From Lingula anatina (lineage: Eukaryota > Animalia > Brachiopoda), in assembly GCA_051362555.1 (NCBI GenBank), contig CM120643.1, positions 6,448,001 through 6,512,000 on the forward strand: DNA of 64,000 bases, in the 5' to 3' direction. A model generated the notes under the pieces. It searched no databases, was not told the DNA's origin, and worked only from the letters and a program-made list of their open reading frames with translations. The position numbers and the translations under genes are program-made. This document shows positions 51,151 to 63,133 of the stretch, in pieces. Numbering within the stretch: position 1 is the stretch's first letter; the number at the start of each line of letters is the position of its first letter.

Positions 51151-52112
51151 TCAGTGCCCATTGCACCTGGAGTCCAATATCTGGAATAAAACAAAATTAT
51201 AATTTATTGTCATGATCGAAGGCAAAAAAGCCAATATCATTGCAGCCCCAGACTGATTCTAAATAATCAGAAAATAATATTGGCAGCCACCCAGTCATCA
51301 TAGTCTATTTATTTGCGGATTTGATCTGCATATAAATTTTCACCACTTGAAATCCTTTCAGCACATAGTGTAATGAACCTTTTACATATACATATGGCAT
51401 GAATGTCCTAACCTTATATAATTTTGAACGCTTACGGTAATTCAAGCATGGGCTCGAAATAGGACATCACGTTTAAGACTTACTTAGTGGATAACGTAAT
51501 CCAGAGATTCCACGGTTCGTCTCAGATTTACATAAGGTCCCACAAAGAAAACCCAAGTCCATATAATGACCAGTTTAATGGTTTATTGGTTGACACTCTC
51601 TAACTACATCATCTACATGAAGTCTCCAACTTCTAAGCCATCTCGCATGGCTCTACCGAGTCTCTCTCAGTCTGAACTCCCGATATTGATTCTGAATATC
51701 TTTTTTACATATTTCTTATCTACATGGTGGATTCAGTGCTGTATTATTTGGCAGTGTTTACTGATTTTAATTACGCAAGTTGCACACAACTCCTTACGTT
51801 TTATCATTACAGGTAAGGCCATAAAACAAGTCGAGTGCACAAGCAAGCGACACTTTTTTGCCCTCTCCTCACCACTTTTTGACCAGTGGCCTAGTCACTT
51901 TAGTAAAAATGTAACATACCCAACTAAGACCATGTCTTGAATAAAACATAGCTGAACAACTATCTTCAAATTTTACTGAAGGTCTCCAAAAATGCTTATT
52001 AACATGCCACAAATCTAAAATTTTTCTCTAACATCTTGTTGTTGTCTTAAAGCTGTTAAATCCTCTTCAGTGTGCTTTTGGTATGCTAGTCCCTGGCTCC
52101 TAGTCCAAAGTA

Positions 52113-52370
52113 CATTGTAGTAGTCTGGAGTCATTGCGTTCCATTGTGGCAGTATAGTCCTGTGCCTCCTAGTACAGTGTAGTAGTCTGGAGTCATTGTG
52201 TTCCATTGTGGCAGTATAGTCCTGTCTCTCCTTGTACAGTGTAGTAGTCTGGAGTCATTGTGTTCCATTGTGGCAGTATAGTCCTGTGCCTCCTAGTACA
52301 GTTTAGTAGTCTGGAGTCATTGTGTTCCATTGTGGCAGTATAGTCCTGTGCCTGCTAGTTCAGTGTAGTG
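52113..52370. repeat. 62-bp minisatellite, ~4 copies
   Basis: GTCTGGAGTCATTG at 52123, 52185, 52247 and 52309. Confidence 0.92.
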
Positions 52371-54462
52371 TGGAGTCAGATGATGGACTGGAAAAGACAA
52401 AAAATCAATAATCAGGCTTTTCCTCAAGATCAAAAATATTAGAGTAAATAATGAAATTTTTGTAGATTTATTACATCAAATAAACTGCAAAGAAATATTT
52501 TAAAAAATAAACTTATAAAATAAAGTATTGTTGTAAGTCAAGGCTGAAGCATACACTGTACCAGTACTGATAATAAAGAGGTGGGTTTACAGTGCTTTCT
52601 GAAACTCTGGAGGGCCGTGCTAGTTCACGTAAGTGGACGCTCCATGGGAAGTTTGTGTTATTCATAGTTCAGTTCATATATTACTATTTCGACAGATGAC
52701 TCCATAGGAAAAAGGAGAAGTCCCACTTATAATTTATATTAGAAGGCATAACGTCAGTTCTCCAATTAATTATCTCACCTTCATAAGCCATTGGGTAATT
52801 GCAGATAAAAAGGGAATGACAGAACTTGAAGTAGATGACGGCGTGAAATCTTGCCAGGTCTCCATAACATTTTTAATCTGCAGCATCAACGTTCTGTAGC
52901 ACATTGTAAAATCTTCACCAGCACATTGCATCGTGATGTGAACAGTGAACAACTGACACAGTCGATACCACACTGGCACATGTGTCCTTCACTTCAGATG
53001 TCTCATCCTAAGCTCGCCGATAAAGTTTGCCAACAGAATCTATAACAAAACCATCTAAGAATAGTGTCTTGATGGAAGATGACACTCAGTGTTCAGAACG
53101 TTTGATGAAAATTCCGGCTTTTCAGCGTCACCAGGGGTAATCCTAGAGAGGGGTGAGAAACGTCCATTGTTCTCGTCAGCGAGGCTGGCTTTTTTCAGGG
53201 TATGTACGCACAGACAGAAAACTAAGTATTGTGGGAACGTTTCTAATGAAGCCACTGGTAGTACTAGTAGATATCAGCCTGTAGTCTTGAACAAGCGCCT
53301 CGATGACGAGTGAACAGTAGTCAAAAACAAAAGACCCAGGTGTGGTAGTTCAACCACTGTTCATGCGTGCCACAACGACCAAACCTAATTGCTCCTCAAG
53401 GTCACAAAACAATATCCGGTACTGACGGCCAGGCTCGTCTTAATCATATAAGTAGCGCGTTTCCACCCCCTGGCGTCACCCTTTGCCTACGCCATATAAA
53501 AAATTGTTGAGTATAGATGGCGCTGTGCAAGAGGTGAGACTTTGGATTTGTAATGGACTACGGCCAGTATCAGCAACAAGTTCGACTTCTGCTTTCTAAG
53601 AAGCTCGTGCGAGGAGGGAGAGATTCTGGAACCGCAATAGATATGACCAGTGTCCAGGCTCTGTGATATATATTACGATATATTGTGATTTCTATTTAGT
53701 AGAAAGACGCAAGGTCGAGAGCTTCAACGAAGCGTCAATCTGATTGGTTTAAAGTTAAGGAAACAATACAGGAACCGTCCAATGAAATTCTTTTATACAA
53801 TAATTATTCCTGTTGATTGTTTTAGTAAACAAAGCAAAGAGACAATGTCTACACAGCCGCTGGCAAGTTTTATTTTTTTTTATTCAAAACTGAAATTCTG
53901 TAGCAAGTTCAATGTAAGCCCACACAGCGCCTTTTTATCCGTCGTTCATGATTCAAGGTTCATGTCAAGGTTCACTGATATGGGGGTCCCATCCCTCAGG
54001 GCAGAGTTTCTCCTGCCCAAGTGCTCAAATATAGAATTAATGGTAATTCATTAAGCCACAAAATGTAAGCAAAAATGATTTGCTTTAAAATTGAAAAAGA
54101 AAATTTAAAGCCTGATACGTTTATGTACTTATTAAAACCTTCATTCCTTTCTTCTAGTGTATTTGATTTATCATTGATTGTATATATTGGTAAACATTTT
54201 ATTTTTCATTTTAAACATTAACATATCTTTAAGTTATTTATTTGTTTGTTTTTTCATTCATTCATTCATTCTTTAAATTTATTCAGCCTTACCACCCTGG
54301 GTCTGGCTGGACATGGGAGCCTGAACCCTTTAGGAACAGGTGCCTCCAGGTGACCACTAAGGACAGCATGGAAGTGACCTGTACTTGGGGAGAACTGGAT
54401 ATGGATATAAAAGGTGCTTGAACTCATAATTCTCGTAACCTTTTAATCTGTCATGTACAACA

Positions 54463-54628
54463 CAGGAGCATAACCAGACCATTTAAAATTGTACGCACAG
54501 ATTTTGAAAATTCCCAGGTACGATTATATTCCGTGAAAAATACACTGAATTTATGGAGAATAATATCATGGTTGGCTCAAAAAATTGTACGCACAGTGCA
54601 TCCGTGCGTATGCCTGGTTACGCCCCTG
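54463..54628. mobile_element. hAT-like MITE with 5-bp TSD
   Basis: Imperfect TIR CAGGAGCATAACCAG/CTGGTTACGCCCCTG with CAACA on both sides. Confidence 0.75.
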
Positions 54629-54787
54629 CAACATTTGGAAATAAAAGATTACTTGATCTCACTATCCTATAAAAAACTGTAGAAAAATGATGAAATGGTC
54701 CTTTAATATTGTCAAATACATTTAAGACTTTATTTTAGTGTATATCATAACTTGTAAATAATAAATAAATGTGCCATCTTATTCCAG

Positions 54788-57700
54788 AGTGGGACTACAT
54801 GTACAAGCCTGAAGTCAACACAAGTGGTAAGTCCACACCATTGCTCTATTCAATCAACTTGATGCATTTTTTATCTTTTAGGAAGGATTCATGAAATAAA
54901 ATTACAACAACATCTTGACTCACAGGGTGCAAGTCTGGACCCTCAGGGGCTGTTAGCAATGAATTTGGAAACCTAGCTAATGTGCACTAACTCCATGGAA
55001 ACTCTCACTGAATACAATCAGTTTAACAGACTAACACGCTTTTCTTTGTCTCCAACATACTCCAACATACTAACATAATTGGTATTCCTTAAAATTCAAT
55101 TCTGTTCTTTCAGGTGATACCAAAGAAGAGAATAATGTAGCAATTGTTAAAACCCTAAGCATTGAGGAACTAGGTAAGGCTGGAATCTTAATAAAATAAT
55201 TATGAATTTTAATAATATACTTGCACATACTGAGTACGCATACTCTAACAAACACACATACACATGTACATACACACCGCAGTCTATTTTTTAGCATACT
55301 TATGAAGATTATTTATTTATTTTCAAGTAAGTTAAATCTTTAAATGTGTCTTCATCAAAGTGTGATGGGCCCACTGAATCCTTTTTGAACATGCACAGAT
55401 ATAGAATGTGAAGTTTGTATTTTTAAATATTAAAATATTATTAAAATATTACTTTTTTCTTTACTGGATATCAAAGACACAAGGAGTGTGTCAGATTCTG
55501 AGGGCAGCGAGGAGAGAGGTAAGGCAGTAAGTGTTGATCTCGGTCCCAGTTTTGTATGGACCAGACTGTGTGTATGTGGAACAACGCAACATTCACATGT
55601 TCAATAAACACTGAACTTTATTCAACACCTAACCATTATACTGATGCATCATGGGAACGGAACACAATGTCAGAGGTCACGGTCTCAACTAACACAATCA
55701 TCAACATCCCCCCTTCTTTATAAAAGAAAAATATGCTCTACAAAGGACAAAGTGAGCTAAGAGGAGATATAACAAGTTCACAATACAAATACTGTTGCCC
55801 AATCAAAATATGATCTGTCTGGTGCTCAGATCTAGATCCATACTGATCAAAGTCAATGCAAGTGTAACCAGTCTTTGACAGTCATGTATGGCAATGTATT
55901 TCCTTGCATTTAATACAACTCCAGAATAAACAGTTCTCCATTCCACAATAGAAAAGTCTATGAATATAATAGTTTTTTTTGCAAACAATCTGCCAGTGTT
56001 CCTTTTCAGTCGTTGAACACGTAAACATACATTAAACTTTAAGTAACATTGTCCTTTAAAGATTCAAATATCAAACATTTGAATGTAAGTGAACAAGAAA
56101 ATCACAACTGTTCTGATAATGTCAATGAAAACAATGCACAAATTTGCATACAAGAACAAGGAAATCCAGTGATTCCTGAAACAAATTACAGTCCATGTAA
56201 ACAGTCCTTAGAAAATGTCTTATCATGTTTATAGCAATTTCACTTGTAAACTACATAGTGATTCCTGAAACAAATTATAGTCCATGTAAACAGTCCTTAG
56301 AAAATGTATCATGTTTATAGCAATTTCACTTGTAAACTACATAGTCCTTAAGATAATTGGGCTTTCTGCACTCACGTTTTGGTCTTATTGTTTGTGGAAT
56401 TTCATTTCCAGTCTTAATAGAATCTGCAGATTCCACAGTTTTTGTTTCAGTCAGTTCATTAGCATTAGCAGCACTGTGATAATTCTCACACTGTTTTGTA
56501 ACATTGTCACTTGGAGTATACATAGGATTCTGACAGTCCTGTAGTTTTCCACCAGTTGGTAATTCACTGTTAGTCATACGTGCTGGAGATTTATCACGAA
56601 TGTAGGGTTCAATTTTCGTTGGACGTATGTGTATCCTATTCCTTCTATAGGTAGCTCCATCCTGGGCTTTGACCTGGTAACTATGTTCATCACACGTGTC
56701 CAATACTTTTCCTAAAATCCATTGTTGATTTTGTTTTTGTTCAAAGTATACATTTTGCCCTATTTTGAGCTTGGGCAGGTCACGCGCACTCTTATCATGG
56801 TATTTCTTCACAGATTTATTTCTTTTGTTGATCTTTTCTAACACCTGAGGATCTTTGCTTTTCTTAGCAACTGACGGTAAGAATGTACGTCCTGGCTTTC
56901 CAAACACCATCTGGTATGGGCTCAGCCCAGTTTCTTGTCTTGGTACATTTCTTAGTTCTAATAGAGCTTCAAACTGATCCTCATTGTTTTTAACGCATTT
57001 GTACATGAGGTGTTTTACAGTTTTTACTGCCGATTCAGCCTTTCCGTTTGCTCTTGGGTAGTGTGGGCTTGATTTTATGTGTCTTATACCCCATTTCTTC
57101 GTGAATTGGTCAAACACACTTGACGCAAACTGCGGCCCACCATCAGATACCAAGGTGATCGGGACACCATATCTCGCAAAATGCTTCTTCAGAATCGCGA
57201 TAACCACATTGGAAGTAGTAGTGTTGAGATAGTCTACTTCTATAAAGTTGCTGTAATAATCAACTGTCACAAGGTAATTTCTACCTTTGATTTCAAACAA
57301 ATCTAAACCAACTTTCTGCCATGCACTTGTTCCTCGATCATGCTGATTAAGAAGGTTTTTACTGGTTCTTGGCTTCATTTCTTGACATGCCTCACAGTTA
57401 TCAGCCAACTGTTTAATCTCAGCATTCATGCTCGGCCAATATACTGTTCCCCTGGCTCTTCTTATCATCGAGTCATAGCCACAGTGTGATTTGTGCAATC
57501 TTTTCTTAATATCTGCACGCATTGTTTTAGGAATGACTACAGCTTCCCCTTTAACAATTATGCCTTCATACAAGCTAAGTGTGTCTCTTATATCATAATA
57601 TGGCTTACACACATCTGGTGTACTCACTTTTGACTCTGGCCAACCATTTTCAATAAGGTCACTTAGAACTTGCATGTCCTCATCAGCTAAGGTTGCATCA

Positions 57701-60700
57701 CGAATTTCAATCAATCTTGCATCGGAGATGTCTTCATTCACTCTGATGTCCATGATTCTAGGTCGGTGCTCTAGGTCATCCATCAAATGTGCTCTACTTA
57801 GACAGTCTGCAATGATGAGTGAGGTTCCCTTTACAAAGTGAAATTCGAAGTCATATCGATATAGTCTCATCATGATGTCTTGTAGACGCTTGGGAGCACT
57901 GCTGAGGGGTTTACGTAGGATAGAGTCCAATGTTTTGTGGTCGTTTTCAATTATCACCTTCCGTCCATAGGTATATTGATCAAAACGCTCTAAACCATAC
58001 AAGATAGCGAGTGCTTCCTTCTCAATCTGGGCCCACTTCCTTTCTGATGCTGTAAGTGATCTCGAGGCATACTCCACTGGCTTGCCTTCTTGTAACAGCA
58101 CAGCGCCCAATCCATGTTGGCTGCTATCCACTTGGAGTCGAACTTCCTTCTCAGGATTGAAATATGCCAGCAATGGTGCTTTAGTTAGGCTTTCTTTCAC
58201 TGTGTTGAGTGCCATTTCACATTGCTTAGTCCACTGAAATGGTACGTCTTTTCTAGTAAGCTCTCTGATTGGCTCCATCATGCCTGAGAGGTCTGGTAAG
58301 AAGCGCGATAGGTATTGCACCATGCCACACAAACGCTTGACACTGCTCACATCAGTTGGTGATGGCATATCAATTATGGCTTTCACTTTGGCTGCGTCAA
58401 CCTTTACTCCATCTTTAGAGATTTTATGTCCATGGAAAGTGATCTCCGTTAGGCCCGTTTTCTGTTTCTCTTCATTGAGAACTATGTTTCTTTCAGCACA
58501 CCTCTGTTTCAGTATGCTCAGCTTCTTTTCATTGTCTGCTTTAGCTTCTGCTTCTGTATCACCCTGTCCCGCGATAATGATATCATCTACAACACAGAAT
58601 ATTCCATCTATGTCACTCAGGGCTTCATCTAATTTCCTTTGAAATATTTCACTCGAGACTTTTAGACCAAACGGCAGTCTGGACCACCTAAAGCGACCAT
58701 ACGGTGTTATCATTGTCGTGTATTTGCTTGACTCCTCGTCCAGGCGGACATGATAAAACGCCTCTTTAACGTCCAGCTGTGAAAATATTTTTGCATTGTT
58801 CAATTCTGGCAGTATGTCATCCAATACTGGCAGTCTGTAGTGCTCTCTCATCAGCGCTGTATTAAGAGGTTGTGGATCAATGCACACTCTAATTTTTCCA
58901 TTAGGCTTCTGCACAATAGCCATCTGACTAACCCATGGTGTAGGCTCAGTCACTGGTATCAGTATTTGTCGCTCTACTAGAGAATCCAACTCTGCTTTGA
59001 CACGGTCCTTCAAGGCAATTGGAATCTTGCGACATGGCAATGCTCTGGGTTTCACATCAGGGTCAAGTGTGAGGGTTGCTTCACCGAGGTCACCGGGTGC
59101 ATTCTGCTTAGATCCCACTACTTTGGCAATAAACTTGTCTTTATTCACAGTAACAAGACCAAGTTTCTGAATAGCGTTCAGTCCTAGGATAGGCTGTAAC
59201 TTATTGGAGACAACTACAAAGTGCACCATTTCACTGTCACCAGTCCTTGGGTTGTGTACTAGTAAGTCAGCTTCTCCAAGGGGTTTGAGTGTAGACTCAT
59301 TAAACATGTGTAAAGTCATAGAGGATGCATGAGCCTGTGATCTTTTGACATATCTCTGATTGATAATGTTCACATCTGCTCCACTGTCCAATTGGAAATG
59401 TACCTCACAGTCATTTACAGTCATTTGAGCTGTCAAAATATCAGTTTTTTTGTGCTTATTTACAGAGTTCACAGAATTGAGCCAACTATCTTCTTCTGCA
59501 CAAGTTTCTTCCCCTGTGACGATACGCACCTTTTTGCACACTACTTTGAAATGGTTCCTACCTTTGCAGCCATTGCAGGTTTTCCCCCAAGCTGGACAAT
59601 CTTCCTTTCTCATATTGTGCTTGGTGTTGCAATATTTACAGAGTTTAACCTGATGTGGCTTACTGTTCTTGGCCTGCAGAGGTTTATCTTGCCTTCGCTT
59701 CTGTGGAGGTTTAGTTTGCTGGAGTTTGTTAACACTTGTCTGTGCCTGGGACATTTGCTTTGCTTGATTATTAGCTTGCTGGTAGGAGTGACAGATTTTA
59801 ATGCATTTCCTGAGATCAAGGTCACCCTCTCGCAATAACAGTTGTTGCAGCTTGCCACTGGTACTGAATACTATTTTGTCCCTTATCATTCGGTCCTCCA
59901 TTTGGCCAAAATTACATGAAGCTGCTCTGCTTCTCAGCTCAGTTACGTACTGATCAATTGGTTCCACATACGGAGTAGTCCAGAATCTGTGTGATTCCAC
60001 CACTTCATTTATGAGGGGGTTGCAGTACTCTTCAATCTTTCTCAGAACTTCGTCTGGGTCATTTGGGTCGCTATCACCCCATTCAAAGTGATCATATGCT
60101 TTGAGTAGTGATTCACCGCCACAGTTAATAATGGTTGCTACTTGAATTTCTTTCTCCATTTTCTTTATACCACTAGCTAGTAAGTATATTTCAATCTGTC
60201 TCTTCCAAGCTTTAAAGTTTTCGGGTACGTTACCGGTTTGCAAGTTAAGCTCTGGCGGGAGACGCAAATTGGTATTAACGTGGAGAAATGGAACTGCCGG
60301 ATCGGCCTCGTTGCTTCCAGTCGCCATTTTCTCAGTAGACAGACCACGTGGAACGGCAAAGTTAATATTCTTATGTTTAAGAGAATATTATCTATCACTC
60401 ACTCAGTCAATGAAGATTGCTCTATTCTCCACCGCATGCCACCATGTTGATCTCGGTCCCAGTTTTGTATGGACCAGACTGTGTGTATGTGGAACAACGC
60501 AACATTCACATGTTCAATAAACACTGAACTTTATTCAACACCTAACCATTATACTGATGCATCATGGGAACGGAACACAATGTCAGAGGTCACGGTCTCA
60601 ACTAACACAATCATCAACAGTAAGATCAATTTAACAGGTGTTCATTTAACACACTTAAAAAATTTACACACACACACACACACAAACAGGCTCTCAGACA

Positions 60701-63133
60701 CAAACAGGGGCAAATTGAGGCCATCTTCTGGGTCTTCCGCAAGATGGTTAGAAGTTTACATTGATGGGGATTTAATTTTTTTGTCAGAAGACAGTCCACA
60801 ATGGAGGATGGATCAGCAAACATAATTTGCAAGACTGTCAGAAAATCTCTCTTGATCCGCCCCTTACAAACATTGTGTTTTTATTCCCTGTTCAGTGATC
60901 TAAATCTTTGAATCCATCTTTGACTATTGGTATTGAATCCTTTGGTATTGAATCCTTGTTGTGCATGGGCATGGAATGTTGAATTTGTGTTCCATTTTTT
61001 CCTTCAGTTGATGTCAAAGACACAACAACTACAGAGCTCGTGAAGGAGAGAGGTAAGATAGAATAGAATAGGGCAATAGAACAGGTATCAATTTATGACA
61101 CTGATGACATGTGATTGCAATTAATTGTGCATGCACACACACACACACGCACACACACACACCAAAAGGTACTGTACTTGCATGCATGTTACACAAGCAA
61201 AGTCTGGCCTTTGACAGACTTAAGAAGATACTCTATCTTCTGAAAAATTAATGCTTTTGCTCTGTAACGATTGAACACACATAATGTTGTCTTGATAATT
61301 CAATTCAATTCTGTTGATACAAAACTAAAAGACAAGAACAATGTAACACTTATAAAGCTCCTAAGTATTGAGGAGATAGGTAAGACAGGAATCTCAGTAA
61401 AATAGTTATGACTTTTAATATACTTATGAAACATGCGTGCAAATACATATACACTAAAAACACACATAAACACACACACACACTGCAAGCATGCTGCACA
61501 AGCAAAGTCTTTAGCATACTTAAGAAGAGAATTTATTTTTAAGTCAGTTAAGTAATTTGAATGTTTCTTCAACAAATTGTAATAGCGGATCCTGTTTGGA
61601 CATGCATGAATATGGAATGTTTAGTTTTTATTTGATATCATTTTTTCTTTAGCCTGTATCAAAGACTCCGAGATTGTGTGAGATGCTGAGGGCATCAAAG
61701 AAAAAGGTAAGACAATAAGCTTAAAGTCATAATAACTCTTCGTTTTGGCCAAAAATTGGATTTTCCCGGAAAAAACGGCAATTTTCCCGTACTTACCAAT
61801 GGTCAACGACCCCATTCCTGCATTCAAAGTTATTCCAGGGTTTTTTTCCTAAACGTACGTTTTTTTGTTAAAATCTCTTAAGAGATTTTAACTGACGGAG
61901 CTCTCTCAGACATCGCATAGTCACTGTTGACCTACTTAAAACCGCGGGAAAAGCAGACAACAACAACACTATATAAGATTCATTAGATATATTCGTCTTT
62001 TTGTTAAAAATACATTAATATCCACAATGTGTGCCATTCTGGGCTTTTCGTTATCCGACGCACTGTACAAAAACTCGCAACTTATGTCTGTGTCTGCATT
62101 AATGCGTTTCGCGCCATATGTTATTTTGGTCTCGAATGAACGCGAGAATCCGCGTGACACCATTACGTCATTAGCAACGAATGCCTTGATGACCGGGAAG
62201 AAAAGGCATCGAAAGCCCTATTGACAAGCACAGATTTTAGTTTTACTACAATAACGGCCGTTTTAGTGGTAAAATACAATAGAATATATTTTCATGCGTT
62301 GTTTACAATGTTTTTCATGCGGAATTTTGAATCTCAAAGGAAGAGTTATTATTGCTTTAAAACAATTTAATGGGAATTCATTTACCACATTTTAAAATGT
62401 AAACACACAGATGGACTTTAGGGGGAGACTCTAGCTGACACAAAAACACTTAGTTCAAATTCACTGTTCAGTGATCTATATCTTTGAATGGGTCTTCTAC
62501 TATGTTAAATAATGTATTGAATTCTTGTTGTGCACAGGTATGAAATGTTTAATTTGTTTTCCTGTCTTTCTTCAGTCAGAATCAATGACACAACAACTGT
62601 GAAAGCAGACGTGAAGGAGAGAGGTAAGACAGTAGGACCAATAGAATAGTAGGGTCAAAATTTATTACGCTGATTGAATGTGATTGTGCATGTACACGCA
62701 CGTGCACACACACTAACACACACACTCCTTATGTTGTGCCAACACAGTTTGCTACTGCTTGTTGTTGCACAAAATCGACAAACACATTTTTCAAAGCAAC
62801 TGCGTCCGCCATTTACTTTCTAACTTCCTACTGCACATGCGTCAAGGTATAAGAATCTCCTCCGAGTGCAGCTGAGAATTAATTACAGCTTTGGAAGTAA
62901 TTCGCTCGCTCTGCTAGTTAATTACGCAGCGGGGTATTCAGGGCACAGACCGTGATCACTAGATACCGCCAATAGATTTTTAGATTTTTAGAAAATAGAT
63001 TTTTCATGTGAACGGTCCCTTAGTGAGTAATATTGTCTTATACATTTCAGCTCGAAAGGACCACCGCCAATCTAGATGGAGGAGGGTATTAAATCTGTTC
63101 ACGTCTTGCTTCAGACGCAGGCCAAGAACATAA
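54788..63133 (+). CDS. Candidate micro-exon gene, 3' part (exons 54788-54826, 55114-55173, 61008-61052, 62576-62623, 63051-63133; damaged exons 55465-55518, ~61323-61379, 61653-61706)
   Basis: Pyrimidine tract-AG acceptors and G|GTAAG donors. Lengths 39, 60, 54, 45, 54 and 48 nt, all phase 1-1, with mutually similar peptides. Terminal exon ends in TAA. Start exon not identified. Confidence 0.55.
55532..55706 (-). repeat. 3' LTR, preceded on the minus strand by the polypurine tract AAAGAAGGGGGGA
   Basis: Direct repeat of 60445-60619. Confidence 0.95.
56326..60327 (-). CDS. Gag-Pol polyprotein (gag, two zinc knuckles, protease, RT, RNase H, integrase)
   Basis: 1333-aa ORF with CKYC...H...C and CNGC...H...C, LDSGAD, LPFGL, VVDD, VDSSQHGLGAVL, HHCC, SDGGPQF and ANGKAESAV. 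Confidence 0.97.
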   Translation of the reverse strand: MATGSNEADPAVPFLHVNTNLRLPPELNLQTGNVPENFKAWKRQIEIYLLASGIKKMEKEIQVATIINCGGESLLKAYDHFEWGDSDPNDPDEVLRKIEEYCNPLINEVVESHRFWTTPYVEPIDQYVTELRSRAASCNFGQMEDRMIRDKIVFSTSGKLQQLLLREGDLDLRKCIKICHSYQQANNQAKQMSQAQTSVNKLQQTKPPQKRRQDKPLQAKNSKPHQVKLCKYCNTKHNMRKEDCPAWGKTCNGCKGRNHFKVVCKKVRIVTGEETCAEEDSWLNSVNSVNKHKKTDILTAQMTVNDCEVHFQLDSGADVNIINQRYVKRSQAHASSMTLHMFNESTLKPLGEADLLVHNPRTGDSEMVHFVVVSNKLQPILGLNAIQKLGLVTVNKDKFIAKVVGSKQNAPGDLGEATLTLDPDVKPRALPCRKIPIALKDRVKAELDSLVERQILIPVTEPTPWVSQMAIVQKPNGKIRVCIDPQPLNTALMREHYRLPVLDDILPELNNAKIFSQLDVKEAFYHVRLDEESSKYTTMITPYGRFRWSRLPFGLKVSSEIFQRKLDEALSDIDGIFCVVDDIIIAGQGDTEAEAKADNEKKLSILKQRCAERNIVLNEEKQKTGLTEITFHGHKISKDGVKVDAAKVKAIIDMPSPTDVSSVKRLCGMVQYLSRFLPDLSGMMEPIRELTRKDVPFQWTKQCEMALNTVKESLTKAPLLAYFNPEKEVRLQVDSSQHGLGAVLLQEGKPVEYASRSLTASERKWAQIEKEALAILYGLERFDQYTYGRKVIIENDHKTLDSILRKPLSSAPKRLQDIMMRLYRYDFEFHFVKGTSLIIADCLSRAHLMDDLEHRPRIMDIRVNEDISDARLIEIRDATLADEDMQVLSDLIENGWPESKVSTPDVCKPYYDIRDTLSLYEGIIVKGEAVVIPKTMRADIKKRLHKSHCGYDSMIRRARGTVYWPSMNAEIKQLADNCEACQEMKPRTSKNLLNQHDRGTSAWQKVGLDLFEIKGRNYLVTVDYYSNFIEVDYLNTTTSNVVIAILKKHFARYGVPITLVSDGGPQFASSVFDQFTKKWGIRHIKSSPHYPRANGKAESAVKTVKHLMYKCVKNNEDQFEALLELRNVPRQETGLSPYQMVFGKPGRTFLPSVAKKSKDPQVLEKINKRNKSVKKYHDKSARDLPKLKIGQNVYFEQKQNQQWILGKVLDTCDEHSYQVKAQDGATYRRNRIHIRPTKIEPYIRDKSPARMTNSELPTGGKLQDCQNPMYTPSDNVTKQCENYHSAANANELTETKTVESADSIKTGNEIPQTIRPKRECRKPNYLKDYVVYK
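60429..60444 (-). promoter_or_regulatory. Primer binding site, probably tRNA-Leu
   Basis: TGGTGGCATGCGGTGG directly after the 5' LTR. One extra base relative to the complement of a typical animal tRNA-Leu(AAG) 3' end (recalled, not searched). Confidence 0.65.
60445..60619 (-). repeat. 5' LTR
   Basis: Direct repeat of 55532-55706; no differences seen by eye. Confidence 0.95.
61725..62356 (+). mobile_element. Non-autonomous TTAA-targeting element (Kolobok-like), copy 2
   Basis: TTAA at 61721-61724 and 62357-62360; same TIRs and body as 14494-15096. Confidence 0.8.
62905..63019. mobile_element. Single arm of a MITE related to 836-1080
   Basis: TATTCAGGGCACAGACCGTGATCA...CATGTGAACGGTCCC followed by TTA, matching the right arm of the 836-1080 element. 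Confidence 0.65.

Larger units (their letters stand above)
55532..60619 (-). mobile_element. Full-length Ty3/Gypsy (Mag-like) LTR retrotransposon
   Basis: Two 175-bp LTRs (TGTTGA...TCAACA), GTAAG TSD at 55527-55531 and 60620-60624, PBS, PPT, single intact ORF. Confidence 0.97.

Noticed and set aside
52113-52387. 62-bp repeat after a minus-strand acceptor as a mucin-like coding exon
   Set aside because: The unit length is not a multiple of three and all frames contain stops
51566-53330. Possible decayed LINE 3' ends
   Set aside because: Only faint peptide resemblance, too weak to call by eye
53490-53540. TATAAAA followed by ATGGCGCTGTGCAAGAG|GTGAG as first exon of the micro-exon gene
   Set aside because: It ends in phase 2 and I found no compatible bridging exon to the phase-1 series
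58280-59838. Plus-strand ORFs of 120 and 148 aa inside the Gypsy element
   Set aside because: Antisense shadows of the polyprotein with no recognisable motifs
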